A stretch of 64,000 bases of DNA, taken from assembly GCA_016219595.1 (NCBI GenBank), contig JACRLY010000062.1:71639-135638 (forward strand). The letters are read 5' to 3'. A model generated the notes under the pieces. It saw only the letters and a program-made list of their open reading frames with translations. It was not told the DNA's origin and did not search any database. This document shows positions 1-10,338 of the stretch, one piece after another. The position numbers were made by a program, and so were the translations under genes. Source of the DNA: Ignavibacteriota bacterium (GTDB taxonomy: Bacteria; Bacteroidota; Ignavibacteria; Kapaibacteriales; UBA2268). Position 1 is the first letter of the stretch. The number at the start of each line of letters is the position of its first letter.

Positions 1-260
1 TTTTAATTGACCAATATTATATATAAAACATCAGTCCTCGTTCCATTTTGATTTGCTCTTATATCCTTAATAGCAACAGCAGACTTTAAATCTTCACCCA
101 GAATTTTATCTTGTGATGCCTTCATCTCATTCAGTACAGAATTAGCAATAATTACTATTATTAATAATAATAGAATCATCGTACCAAAACCGAGAAGAAG
201 TTTATTCCGGATTCCCATATTCAACAGCCATTTCATAACAACTCCATAAATATTATACAA
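1..260 (-). CDS. Methyl-accepting chemotaxis protein (or HAMP sensor), N-terminal fragment; the gene runs off the left window edge
   Basis: ORF 3..260(-). MKWLLNMGIRNKLLLGFGTMILLLLIIVIIANS is a typical MCP N-terminal TM1 segment. It sits directly upstream of cheW/cheR. The start is probably the Met at 236 or the one at 260. Confidence 0.45.
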
Positions 261-356
261 TTTTAATTTTTTATTTCACTTTAATAATCTTATTTTCTTT
301 GACATTATAAAGCATCAGTTATCTATAATTATGTGTTAATTATTAATCAGAATAAA

Positions 357-962
357 TCACACGACTTCATCTTTTATTACAAAATTTTTATCCGTTAAAA
401 TTTTCTCGGTATTTAAAATAATAACTCCACCCATAGTCACTCCTTTAAGATATTCACTGTTAATTCCTTTGACCTGGGGCAATTCTGTTTGAAGTTCATC
501 AACTCTCACCGAACATACATCGGTAATTGAATCAGCAAGCACCCCAAACTGCATTTCAGTATTTTCTATCAAAATAATTTTATTAAAATCACTGATGCCC
601 TTATCAGGCAATGAGAAAAATTTTCTGATATCGACCACTGAAACAACTTTTCCCCTAACATTTACAACTCCGACTATTAATGATGGTGTGCATGGCACTT
701 GTGTATATTCCTTCAGCGGGCATACCTCCTTCACAAAATCGAGTTCAAATGCATAAGTCTCGCCAGATAATTGAAATTCTATAATATCAATTAACTCTAC
801 ATCCATTACAATCTTCGGTTCTCTTGCCAGTATTTCAGCCCTTTGCTTCAGAACCCTTTTAGTTGTCTCGCTGTTTATAAATCCCATATTGAGATTTTCG
901 GCATTCAATACAACCTCTTTTACTTTTTCCCAGTCAAACTTTTTTGAAGAAGTTTTTATCAT
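357..962 (-). CDS. cheW: Chemotaxis coupling protein CheW
   Basis: 201 aa ORF. The CheW-like fold signature IIEFQLSGETYAFELDFVKEV...VVNVRGKVVSVVDIRKFF is present. The start codon overlaps the cheR stop by 1 nt (TAATG), which suggests translational coupling. Confidence 0.8.
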   Translation of the reverse strand: MIKTSSKKFDWEKVKEVVLNAENLNMGFINSETTKRVLKQRAEILAREPKIVMDVELIDIIEFQLSGETYAFELDFVKEVCPLKEYTQVPCTPSLIVGVVNVRGKVVSVVDIRKFFSLPDKGISDFNKIILIENTEMQFGVLADSITDVCSVRVDELQTELPQVKGINSEYLKGVTMGGVIILNTEKILTDKNFVIKDEVV

Positions 963-2518
963 TAAAACACCTGCTTGTCATTGTTTTCTATTAATATATT
1001 TATTATCTCTTTAAATCTGCCTGCAGTTATACCTCCATAATCTTCGACTATATCATAATCATTATAATCTTTTAATAACCTGCTTGCGTTTCTGAAATAT
1101 TTAGATGATTCTGATAACTTTCCTTGCTTAAGCAGTAAATTCCCAAGCCCAAAATGTGCAAGAACAAATTTCGAATCGATGTAAAGTATTTTTTTGAATA
1201 AATCAATTGCTTTTCCCGGGTCACCGTTTTCCTGGAGGAGCATAGCCTGAATATAATAAGGTTCCGGATTCAGCTTATCGATGTCAATCGCTTTCTGCGA
1301 CCAGTTTTTTGCATCTTCTGTATTTCCCCTGTTGGCATATATTTTTGATAATAAAGTCATTGCAACCGAATTTTGATTTTTGGATGAAAGAACTGATTTT
1401 AATAATTTTTCTGATTCATCAAATAAACCTTTATTATACAAGTTCACAGCATCATGAATTATTTCTGATTCCGGTTTATTTTTAATTTCAATACTAATTA
1501 CTGATTTCTTTTCCGGTTCTTTTCTTAGGGTACTTATTCTATCAATTATTTTCTTCCGCTTTTTTTGGTATGGTAATAAATCATAATTAAGGAATTCTTT
1601 TTCAATATTGAAATCACTCTCTTTTTGTTTGAATGAAAACTTTTCCGGGATATAATCGGAATTTGTTTTTTTATATAAAATAACATCGGGTTCATATAGC
1701 GATTCATAAGCTCCGAACAAGACATGGGAGGCTTCGCTCGGACTGACAATTAGCAAACCGCCGATATTAAGTGCATGGAAAAATTTCTCTATTACCTGTG
1801 CAATTAAATCCTGAGTGAAATACATAAGTACATTTCTGCAGAAAATAATATCAAATCCAAAAAGATTATTTATTAAAGATGGGTATGGGTCGAGTGCAAG
1901 ATTATGATATTGAAAATTTATCATATCTTTGATTTTTTGATTGATTTGATAACTTCCTTTGCTGACTTCAGTAAAATATTCCGGTTTTAGCCAATCCGGA
2001 GAATTACGGAACGACCATTCCTTGTATAATCCAATCTTGGCTTTCTTTAAGGATTTAGAATTCAAATCGGTCCCGATTACAGTTGTACTCCAGTTTTTAA
2101 TATCCGGAATTATTTGACTCAACATAATCGATATTGAATAAGGTTCCTCGCCTGTCGAACAGCCTGCAGACCATATTCTGATTCTTTTGTCCTTTTCGAC
2201 GTGTTTTGGTATTATTTCTTCTACTAATATTTTTTCAATAGCTTTGAAATATTTTATATCACGGAAAAAATATGTTTCACCTATGGTGAAGTGAGAAGCC
2301 AGTTGTTCTATTTGCGTGGAATTCAGTTCTGTTTCAATCAGCCATTCGGCGAAATTATTAACGTCATCAAAATCAAAATCCTTCTTTGCTTTATTAAGAC
2401 CGGTCTCAAGATCCCTAAACCTGTCTTTCGGGAAATTTAAACCAAGTTTGGAAGAAATTAATCCGCTAAGTTGAACCGCAATATTTTCCTGAATATGTTT
2501 CAAATATAATTCCATCAA
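962..2518 (-). CDS. cheR: Chemotaxis protein methyltransferase CheR with C-terminal TPR repeats
   Basis: 518 aa. It carries the SAM-methyltransferase motifs IRIWSAGCSTGEEPYSISIML and FDIIFCRNVLMYF typical of CheR. The C-terminal ~150 aa are TPR-like (AVNLYNKGLFDESEKLLKSVL..., AMLLQENGDPGKAIDLFKKIL). Confidence 0.85.
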   Translation of the reverse strand: MMELYLKHIQENIAVQLSGLISSKLGLNFPKDRFRDLETGLNKAKKDFDFDDVNNFAEWLIETELNSTQIEQLASHFTIGETYFFRDIKYFKAIEKILVEEIIPKHVEKDKRIRIWSAGCSTGEEPYSISIMLSQIIPDIKNWSTTVIGTDLNSKSLKKAKIGLYKEWSFRNSPDWLKPEYFTEVSKGSYQINQKIKDMINFQYHNLALDPYPSLINNLFGFDIIFCRNVLMYFTQDLIAQVIEKFFHALNIGGLLIVSPSEASHVLFGAYESLYEPDVILYKKTNSDYIPEKFSFKQKESDFNIEKEFLNYDLLPYQKKRKKIIDRISTLRKEPEKKSVISIEIKNKPESEIIHDAVNLYNKGLFDESEKLLKSVLSSKNQNSVAMTLLSKIYANRGNTEDAKNWSQKAIDIDKLNPEPYYIQAMLLQENGDPGKAIDLFKKILYIDSKFVLAHFGLGNLLLKQGKLSESSKYFRNASRLLKDYNDYDIVEDYGGITAGRFKEIINILIENNDKQVF

Positions 2519-2569
2519 TTCTTTAAAATATCAGGGAATTCTTTTACTATACTATTCTCTTGATTTATT

Positions 2570-3031
2570 CTATTTCAAATTTTTAATAGCTTTATCTAAT
2601 ATGATTTCTTCCTCAAGTGAAAAAAAACTTTCAAGATTTGTTATAAAAATTATATCATTGTTAATTTTTGCAATACTGTTAATATGTTTGATTGCCGGCA
2701 TTATTTCATCATTAGGAGTAATATCCGACTCTGAAAAATTATTAATACCGTCAATGGTGTCTATTAGTATTCCGATTAACCTGTTGGGAGTAGCAGCAAC
2801 AATAATCTGGTCGCTTAATTGAATATTTTTTTTCGGCATCCCCATTCTTAGCCTAAGTTCTGCTACTGGAATTATTCTTCCCTCAAGATTAATAATTCCT
2901 GAAATAAAAGATGGTGCCTCAGGTAATGGTGTTATTTCAACAACAGCTATTACCTTTATGATACTATCAAGAGAAATTGCGAATCGCAGGTTGTCGATGT
3001 GGAATACAATAACTTCTAATACTTTTTCCAT
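2570..3031 (-). CDS. CheW-like domain protein
   Basis: 153 aa with a CheW-like pattern (FHIDNLRFAISLDSIIKVIAV...IINLEGRIIPVAELRLRMG). Confidence 0.7.
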   Translation of the reverse strand: MEKVLEVIVFHIDNLRFAISLDSIIKVIAVVEITPLPEAPSFISGIINLEGRIIPVAELRLRMGMPKKNIQLSDQIIVAATPNRLIGILIDTIDGINNFSESDITPNDEIMPAIKHINSIAKINNDIIFITNLESFFSLEEEIILDKAIKNLK

Positions 3032-3355
3032 TTTAATAAAGAAAATAAATAATTTATTTTTATATTATAAAATATTCACTTTATAATTATATCAGGAAAT
3101 TGAATATAAAAAAATCAGTCTGTTATTCTAAAAATAATATAATAAAAAAAATTATAAATATTCAATTTAGAGATTAATATTTCAAAAAAATAATATTTAT
3201 AAGCTTGTAAACTATAAACCAATTCTTACTAAGTGTAATAAATTCATAGCCTTATTAATTTCAGTTGTGAAATACGACCAGTTCAGGTTAATTAGAGAAA
3301 TACTGCAGGCAATATTATAATAATTGATTGAAGATTAAATAAAAATAAGAAATTG

Positions 3356-3429
3356 TGCTCCCTGTGGGACTCGAACCCACGGCCCATTGATTAAGAGTCA
3401 ATTGCTCTGGCCAGCTGAGCTAAGGGAGC
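3356..3429 (-). tRNA. tRNA-Lys (anticodon CTT)
   Basis: Minus-strand read: GCTCCCT-TA-GCTCAGCTGGCCAGAGC-A-ATTGA-CTCTTAA-TCAAT-GGGCC-GTGGGTTCGAGTCCCAC-AGGGAGC-A. The cloverleaf is complete: a 7-bp acceptor stem, D arm, anticodon stem ATTGA/TCAAT with loop CTCTTAA (anticodon CTT), and a GTTCGAGTC T-loop. CCA is not encoded. Confidence 0.9.
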
Positions 3430-3488
3430 GTCGCAAAATTACTAACTTCTCCTTAAACAGCCAAGAATATTTTGTCTTTGTAATGCTT

Positions 3489-4478
3489 TCAGTTGATGAT
3501 TTTCTTATGGTAAATATACAGCGGATTGATGCTCACTATACGGAATTTGTTATTCGAAATGCCAACTTTGGGGATGATTATTCCAATAGAATCGTTAAGT
3601 ATATCACGGTATTCAATGTACGAAGAAATCTGACTCGGATTGAATTCTGCAAGCTGTTCAACTCCACCCCTGACAGTAACATTAATTCTCTCCGGTGTAA
3701 TTAATTGGCTTTTCGGAAGATTTTCTATTCCGTGAATTCTTATATTTATATCATTAACTACTAACTCTGCCATTTGTTCTATATTGAATTTCACATTCAC
3801 ACTGTTTTGTGATAGTGTTAATATATTTTTTAATGTGTCTTTTAATGTTACAGGAACGGTCTGCATCTTATAGACATCGGAAAAAACCGTTTGATTGGTT
3901 TCCCAATAATCCAAATTCCTTAATACCCTGCTGTTGCCTGTTATAATAATGCTGTCGGGATAAGAACTGAAACCGGAAACCTGGACAAATCCGTCACGCG
4001 GATGCACTATTATATTAACTCTTACCGGAATTTTTTTTCTTTCTATTGTTCCTGTTGTAATTTCAAGAATTTCAGGAAGAACATCAATAGGCTCGACATT
4101 GGAAAAGGATTCTACTCCCTTGATTATATCATTCCTTGTTATTTGAAAATTGCCCTCTCCTATATCCTTTTCAATAAGGTTTACTGTGCAGTTTGCCGAT
4201 GTGCTGAAAAAATTCAGATAGAATATATCCCATCCTTTTCCTTTGACTTTTACGGATATTTTTTCAGGTAATGCTGTTTCAATTGCTATGTTTTTTGGTA
4301 ATAATATTTTGAAGGGTACATCTACGAAAGTTTTATATTCGTTGTTCAATGCTGTGTAAACCCATAAAGCAAATGCAAAGAAAAAAGAACCGAGAAAAGC
4401 TTTCGATAATAAAACTTTCCTGATTTTTTTCAGATTAAAAATCCTTTCGAATATTGATTCATGCCTGTGCTTTTTCAT
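3489..4478 (-). CDS. YbbR-like (CdaR-like) repeat domain protein with an N-terminal TM anchor
   Basis: 329 aa. It has an N-terminal TM segment followed by repeated beta-rich ~80-aa modules with V-x-V/NV patterns typical of YbbR domains. The domain assignment is by pattern only. Confidence 0.45.
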   Translation of the reverse strand: MKKHRHESIFERIFNLKKIRKVLLSKAFLGSFFFAFALWVYTALNNEYKTFVDVPFKILLPKNIAIETALPEKISVKVKGKGWDIFYLNFFSTSANCTVNLIEKDIGEGNFQITRNDIIKGVESFSNVEPIDVLPEILEITTGTIERKKIPVRVNIIVHPRDGFVQVSGFSSYPDSIIITGNSRVLRNLDYWETNQTVFSDVYKMQTVPVTLKDTLKNILTLSQNSVNVKFNIEQMAELVVNDINIRIHGIENLPKSQLITPERINVTVRGGVEQLAEFNPSQISSYIEYRDILNDSIGIIIPKVGISNNKFRIVSINPLYIYHKKIIN

Positions 4479-4484
4479 TGACAG

Positions 4485-6383
4485 CTACTGTATTTCATAA
4501 AACTTTTTTAATTTAATTAAATTTTCATCAAGTTCCTTGATTTTTTTCACAAGTTCCAACTGTGTTTCGACAGGAGCATTTAATTGTTGAATCCTTATTT
4601 TATCTTTTATTGTATCGATATTTATCTGCTCGAGCCTGTAGAGAAGGTCCTGAATAAGCCGTATCAGGTCATTTACAGGCATATTATTACGGAATCTTTC
4701 CCACTGAACACTCGGATGCTCTTCACTCATCGAAAGAAAAGTCAGATAATTTTTATCTGATTCTGTAATTTTATCATTGTGCAAAAGAGTGTTCAGCAGC
4801 ATTTCTGACTCTTGGGAAAGAACAAGAGCCATTAATCTTTTCCCTTCATCGCTGATGAATTTATCTTTGACAAATTCAAACCTGTCTTTGAGTAAATTAT
4901 GTGCACTGCTGTCAGTGAGTGCTATTCTCAACAAAACCATTTCTTCATTTAATAAATCAATTGATTTGTCTTTTGTATTAATTGATTTCGAATTCTGCTT
5001 AATTGATGATGAGTTTTCTGATTTACTCTCATTATTATCATTAACAATTTTTTGGGTTGACTTTTGTTGACTTTTCTTTTCCCGTATAAGTTTTTCCTTA
5101 TAAATTTCCTTTAATTGGGATTCGCTGATTTGCATTAGTGATGAAAGCTGCCTTATGTACTCATCATGCTGAAGTTTGTCCGGAATAGAAGATATTATCC
5201 TGATAATTTGCCTTACTGCATCCGATTTCCCCGATGGTGTTGCCATTGTTCCCGATTTTTCGAGCAAATCAATTTTGAATTGAAGGAAAGGCATGGCATG
5301 GTCAAGGTATGTATTCATCAGCTTATTGCCATGTTTCTGAATTATGCTGTCAGGGTCTTCTCCATCCGGGAGACATACAATCATTATCTCAAATCCCTTT
5401 TCTTTTGCAAGTTCCAAAGCTCTCTCAGCGGCTGTAATTCCTGCTGAATCACTGTCGTAAGCAATGTAAATTTTCTTACAGTAACGGTAAAGCAAATCGA
5501 GTTGTTCCTTCGTCAATGCAGTTCCGCTTGAAGCAACTGTATTTTTAAATCCCGCAGAGTGCATTGAAATCACATCGGCGTACCCTTCTACAAGAATCGC
5601 AAATTTACGGGAACGGATTTCATTTTTTGCCTGGAACAATCCATAAAGTGTCTGGCTTTTATCATAAACAATCGTTTGAGGTGAATTTATGTACTTCCCC
5701 ATCTTGTCTTCCGGATTGAGCTGACGTGCACCAAAAGCAATTACTTTCCCGAGATAATCCTGTATGGGGAACATTGCACGGTTACGGAACCGGTCATAAT
5801 AAGATGAATTAGATTCATTGCGGACTATCAGTCCGGCATCATCCAGAGCCGATTCTGTAAAACCCTGCTTTTTCAGCTCATTTATTGTAGAATCCCATGA
5901 ATCAGGTGAGTAACCGAGCATAAATTCTTTAATAAGAGAATCGTTGAATCCGCGTTTTGTATAGAATGAACGTGCTGTCGAACCAAGCGGAGTCTCAAGA
6001 ATCCGCTGGAAGAAAACTGCCGCAGCAGAAAGTACATTCAATGCCAATTCAATTTTCGAAACCTGTCCCTTATCCTTTTTTTCGTAATAATCATCGGGAA
6101 TGACAATACCTCCTCTTTTGGCAAGGAGCTGCATTGATTCCAAATAGCTAAGCCGGTGATAGTTAATCAGGAAAGAGATGACATCTCCCCCGGCACCGCA
6201 TGAAAAGCATTTGTATATCCCCAGGTCCGGATTCACATTCATCGAGGGATGGGTGTCATTGTGGAAAGGGCATAGCCCGACGAAGCTCCTGCCTTTTCTA
6301 CGAAGGTCAATCGCCTCGCCGATGATTTCCACAATGTCCGTTCGGCTCAGTATTTGTCTTTTTATATCTTCTGTAATATTCAT
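4485..6383 (-). CDS. dnaG: DNA primase DnaG
   Basis: 632 aa. It has the CHC2 zinc finger CPFHNDTHPSMNV...YKCFSCGAGGDVISFL, the TOPRIM region (AILVEGYADVISMHSAGF), and a C-terminal helicase-interaction region. Confidence 0.92.
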   Translation of the reverse strand: MNITEDIKRQILSRTDIVEIIGEAIDLRRKGRSFVGLCPFHNDTHPSMNVNPDLGIYKCFSCGAGGDVISFLINYHRLSYLESMQLLAKRGGIVIPDDYYEKKDKGQVSKIELALNVLSAAAVFFQRILETPLGSTARSFYTKRGFNDSLIKEFMLGYSPDSWDSTINELKKQGFTESALDDAGLIVRNESNSSYYDRFRNRAMFPIQDYLGKVIAFGARQLNPEDKMGKYINSPQTIVYDKSQTLYGLFQAKNEIRSRKFAILVEGYADVISMHSAGFKNTVASSGTALTKEQLDLLYRYCKKIYIAYDSDSAGITAAERALELAKEKGFEIMIVCLPDGEDPDSIIQKHGNKLMNTYLDHAMPFLQFKIDLLEKSGTMATPSGKSDAVRQIIRIISSIPDKLQHDEYIRQLSSLMQISESQLKEIYKEKLIREKKSQQKSTQKIVNDNNESKSENSSSIKQNSKSINTKDKSIDLLNEEMVLLRIALTDSSAHNLLKDRFEFVKDKFISDEGKRLMALVLSQESEMLLNTLLHNDKITESDKNYLTFLSMSEEHPSVQWERFRNNMPVNDLIRLIQDLLYRLEQINIDTIKDKIRIQQLNAPVETQLELVKKIKELDENLIKLKKFYEIQ

Positions 6384-6479
6384 TAATGAAAATTATCGAA
6401 AAATAGTATGTTAGGCAAAGGAATTGTTTTTTCGATTAACAAATAAATGTAAATTTGTATATCTTAAATATTAAGGAAA

Positions 6480-7007
6480 ATGAGTATGAAAATACCTAAT
6501 GAATTCAAACTTCAAATTGCTTCTATTATTATTATTGTTTTAACTTATGGAATTCTTTCCTGTGGTAATAGTTATACAGCATCAGCTCATTCTTCAAAAA
6601 CAGACTCAACCAAAATTAAGGATAATTCTTTTGATAAGGATTCAATTTTAAATGAAAATTCCGAAGAACCTGCTGAAATAATATCAATGATTTCAATAAT
6701 TGCTAATCCTGAAAAATATCATGGAAAAATATTACGTGTTTTGGGGTATTTAAATCTTGAATTTGAAGGCGATGCAATTTATCTGCATTTAGAAGATTAT
6801 AAATACTTTAACTTAAGAAATGGGCTTTGGGTTGATATACAAAGCAATTCCAGTTTATTTAAGAAAAAGAATTTTAAAAAAATTAATCACAAATATGTTT
6901 TCATTCAAGGGAAATTTGATATGAATATGAAAGGCCACTTTGGTATGTGGAGTGGGTCAATAAGAAATATAACATCAATAGATGTTTTAACAATGTTTAA
7001 AAAGTAG
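6480..7007 (+). CDS. Hypothetical lipoprotein
   Basis: 175 aa. It has a signal peptide with a lipobox-like ...GILSCGNS. No recognisable domain. Confidence 0.45.
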   Translation: MSMKIPNEFKLQIASIIIIVLTYGILSCGNSYTASAHSSKTDSTKIKDNSFDKDSILNENSEEPAEIISMISIIANPEKYHGKILRVLGYLNLEFEGDAIYLHLEDYKYFNLRNGLWVDIQSNSSLFKKKNFKKINHKYVFIQGKFDMNMKGHFGMWSGSIRNITSIDVLTMFKK

Positions 7008-7054
7008 AATGTTAAAATAGAATTACAATTCGAGGAATTTTCCAAAAATATTTA

Positions 7055-7255
7055 CTAGTTAATAATCAGATTTGTTATATCGTCATATTCATTATTCTTA
7101 CTCGGTGTCCCATGTTTTGATATAATATCTTTCATTTCTTCGTCATCCACTTCGGGTAATAATGATGAATAAAGGTTCATTCTTTCCTCTTTGATGGCTT
7201 CGCTGACAGCTCGTTTAATCATTATATACATGTCATTTTGAATAACTGTTTCCAT
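7055..7255 (-). CDS. Small hypothetical protein (66 aa)
   Basis: Isolated ORF on the opposite strand from its neighbours. No motif found, so coding status is uncertain. Confidence 0.2.
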   Translation of the reverse strand: METVIQNDMYIMIKRAVSEAIKEERMNLYSSLLPEVDDEEMKDIISKHGTPSKNNEYDDITNLIIN

Positions 7256-7399
7256 AAAACCTCACTGAAATAAATTGATTTATCAATATAACGCTACTAT
7301 AAATAAATGATTGTATTGATTTAGCTCAATCTAAACTTTATGATTTTTCATAATATTCCGACTTATTAATCGTTATATAGTTAAATTGTATATTGAATT

Positions 7400-7867
7400 A
7401 TGACATTATTTGTAAAATATATTGCAGCTATTTTAAGCTCATTCTCAATGTTGTTCTCGACAACGGGTGTGAGTTTGCTGCATCACCTATGCATGCACTC
7501 AGGCAACCACGAAGTTACACTTAATTATGAAAGTCCAAATGAAGATGAATGTGCCGACGGAAGTTCATGCTGTGCTATGGATGATGCAAGGGATTTATCT
7601 AAACCGGCTTTTACCTTAATTGATTGCTGCAAAGATTACACGGATTATGCAGTTATTTCAATTGCTTATATTTCACAGCATATTGAAAATTTTTCATCCA
7701 ATATCTATTCAACCGAAGAATTTATCGGTAACAACGTACAGAAATTGATTGAAAATTCAGAAAATAATATATTAGTCAAACCGCCGGGATTCCTGAAATT
7801 ACCGGTCAAAAATATTATATCTTACATTCTACATTCGACAGACATAAGTTCAGAACTGCCTGCTTAA
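7400..7867 (+). CDS. Cys/His-rich hypothetical protein (possible metal-binding periplasmic protein)
   Basis: 155 aa. Hydrophobic N-terminus, then LHHLCMHSGNHE...DECADGSSCCAMDD...IDCCKDYTDY. Lies immediately upstream of the TonB-dependent receptor and HMA protein on the same strand. Confidence 0.4.
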   Translation: MTLFVKYIAAILSSFSMLFSTTGVSLLHHLCMHSGNHEVTLNYESPNEDECADGSSCCAMDDARDLSKPAFTLIDCCKDYTDYAVISIAYISQHIENFSSNIYSTEEFIGNNVQKLIENSENNILVKPPGFLKLPVKNIISYILHSTDISSELPA

Positions 7868-7957
7868 CCTTTCGTTCGGTTTTGCTATTTATTTAGCGAA
7901 ACTCATTATCAATTTTTTTAGAATTCGGTTTTATTAAACGAAAGGAAATTTACATTA

Positions 7958-10225
7958 ATGAAAAATAGATTTATATTGTTAATCATTTTATTGATTATGA
8001 CGACATCAATTATTGGATTTGCCCAGCAATTGCACGGCTATGTTTTTGGTATCGACGCAGAGGGGAAAAAAGCTCCGTTAGTGAGTGCTACAGTGCAATG
8101 GTTAGGAACCTCCACTGGTGTACTTTCCAATAAGGAAGGTGAGTTTAAAATCAAAAAAACTGATGAATCCTCCAAGCTCGTGATAAGCTATACCGGTTAT
8201 AATAAGGATACAATTAATATAGCAAAAGACCAAAAGCATGTCGAAATAGAGCTGAAATCGAATCTGACTACCGAAGAGGTCAAAGTGTACGGTGAAAATC
8301 CCGGTACACTTATTTCAAAATCGGACATAGTGAATACTCAGCAAATTACGTTGAGCGGATTGAGAAAAGCCGCATGTTGCAACCTGTCTGAAAGTTTTTC
8401 GACAAATGCATCTGTCGATGTGGAGTACTCCGATGCTGTTTCGGGGGCAAAACAAATCCAGATGCTCGGATTAGCTGGCATATACAGTCAATTGTTGACC
8501 GAAAAGGTTCCTTCGATGAGAGGAATTGCACAGCCATTCGGAATGGTTTATATACCCGGTCCTTGGATGCAGTCAATTCAGATTTCAAAAGGAGCCGCAT
8601 CCGTAATTACCGGATATGAATCTATCACCGGGCAAATTAATGTTGAATACAAAAAAGCACAAGAAAGCGAACCGTTTTTTGCAAGTCTTTTCGGAGATTA
8701 CTTCGGCAGATTTGAAGCCGATATGAATACCAGGTATAAATTCAGCGATAAAACATCAACTGCATTGTTCTTCCATGGGAATTTGCAGAAAATGGAAATC
8801 GACGGCAATAAAGATTCGTTTCTTGACCAACCCTTGCTTAGCCAGGTGAATTTAATGAACAGGTGGTGGTACCATGATGGTGATTTGGAAATGCAATTGG
8901 TTGGCAAAGTGATTTACGAAGACCGAAAGGGTGGTCAGAAGGGATTTTTTCCATTGCAGGATTCGTCACTCTACGGAATGGATATGACAAACAGGCGTTA
9001 TGAAATCTGGGGAAAAATAGGTTATATATTCCCTACTGTTTCATATAACAGTCTTGCTGTCATATATTCATTAAACAGTCATTCGGTAAATTCATACTTT
9101 GGCAGGAGAAATTATGACGGAAAGCAGAATTCCGCTTATATCAATCTGATGTACGATGTAGCCTTAAGCGATATGTTTGGATTCAGCGGCAACGAAGATT
9201 TGCCTGATACAAAACCAATTGAACATAAACTTTCACTCGGCTTCAGCTACCAGTATGATGATATAAACGAAACTTTTGCAGCAATTCCTCTTAACAGGAT
9301 TGAATCGGTTCCGGGGATGTTTGCCGAATACACGTTGCAGAATCTGTGGGGATTTACTCTATCAGGTGGAGTCAGGCAGGATTTCCATAATTTATTTGGA
9401 AATTTTTTCACACCGCGAGTTCATCTGAAATATGAAATTTCCCCGACTGCTGTCATTCGTGCTTCAGCAGGAAAAGGATACAGGATTCCGAACATCTATG
9501 CAGAAAATGTAGGTGCTATGGCTTCCTCGAGACAGTTTATTCTCGAAGAATCCATCAAACCTGAAATTGCATGGAATTATGGATTGAACACATCATTCGA
9601 TTTCACAGCCGGAGGAACATATTTCACATTTAATATGGAGTTGTACCGAACCGATTTTGAAAACCAATTGATAGCCGATATGGATCAGGATGTACGTTCT
9701 ATTCATTTTTACAATCTGAAAGGAAAATCTTTTTCCAATTCATTCCAGGTAGATTTGACTTTCAAACCGTTTGACAAATTGGACATTGTTACTGCTTACA
9801 GGTATAACGATGTGCAAATGACAATCAATGACAAGCTGGATGATAAACCTATGGTGAGCAAGCACAAATATTTCATCAACACTGCGTATACAATAGGTGA
9901 AGGAAGCTGGCTTATCGATGCAACTGCAGTATATAACGGTAAGATGAGACTGCCTCATACGAAAATGAATCCGGTTGAATACAGGATTGCTCATGAATCG
10001 TCACCGTTCCTGATGCTCAATGCACAGATAACAAAGAAGATTGACAATCTGAGTATTTTCTTAGGAGCTGAAAACCTGACTGATTACAAGCAGACTAATC
10101 CTATAATTGCGGCAAATGACCCATTCGGAAGATTGACAGGAACTTCGTATTTCGACAGTTCAATAATATGGGCTCCTATCATCGGAAGAGTTATTTATAT
10201 TGGTGTGAGGTATGAAATCAGATGA
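7958..10225 (+). CDS. TonB-dependent receptor (N-terminal carboxypeptidase-regulatory-like domain, plug and beta-barrel)
   Basis: 755 aa. It has a signal peptide, a CarbopepD_reg-like N-terminus (ATVQWLGTSTGVLSNKEGEFKI...ISYTGY), a plug-like segment (AKQIQMLGLAGIYSQLLTEKVPSMRGIAQPFG...ITGYESITGQINVEYK), and a long beta-rich barrel. Confidence 0.75.
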   Translation: MKNRFILLIILLIMTTSIIGFAQQLHGYVFGIDAEGKKAPLVSATVQWLGTSTGVLSNKEGEFKIKKTDESSKLVISYTGYNKDTINIAKDQKHVEIELKSNLTTEEVKVYGENPGTLISKSDIVNTQQITLSGLRKAACCNLSESFSTNASVDVEYSDAVSGAKQIQMLGLAGIYSQLLTEKVPSMRGIAQPFGMVYIPGPWMQSIQISKGAASVITGYESITGQINVEYKKAQESEPFFASLFGDYFGRFEADMNTRYKFSDKTSTALFFHGNLQKMEIDGNKDSFLDQPLLSQVNLMNRWWYHDGDLEMQLVGKVIYEDRKGGQKGFFPLQDSSLYGMDMTNRRYEIWGKIGYIFPTVSYNSLAVIYSLNSHSVNSYFGRRNYDGKQNSAYINLMYDVALSDMFGFSGNEDLPDTKPIEHKLSLGFSYQYDDINETFAAIPLNRIESVPGMFAEYTLQNLWGFTLSGGVRQDFHNLFGNFFTPRVHLKYEISPTAVIRASAGKGYRIPNIYAENVGAMASSRQFILEESIKPEIAWNYGLNTSFDFTAGGTYFTFNMELYRTDFENQLIADMDQDVRSIHFYNLKGKSFSNSFQVDLTFKPFDKLDIVTAYRYNDVQMTINDKLDDKPMVSKHKYFINTAYTIGEGSWLIDATAVYNGKMRLPHTKMNPVEYRIAHESSPFLMLNAQITKKIDNLSIFLGAENLTDYKQTNPIIAANDPFGRLTGTSYFDSSIIWAPIIGRVIYIGVRYEIR

Positions 10226-10338
10226 CCTCAATGGTTATTCCACCCACTGAAAGGTGGAAATTAATTGAAGAAAATTTTTGTTATTTTTGGATAAATATTA
10301 AAAAAATGTTTTTAAAAAATTATTTAAGGAGTTTTATT

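Noticed and set aside
3387-3704. 105-aa plus-strand ORF
   Set aside because: It overlaps the tRNA-Lys gene and then runs antisense through the 3' end of the YbbR-like gene. No motif is present. It is a spurious ORF.
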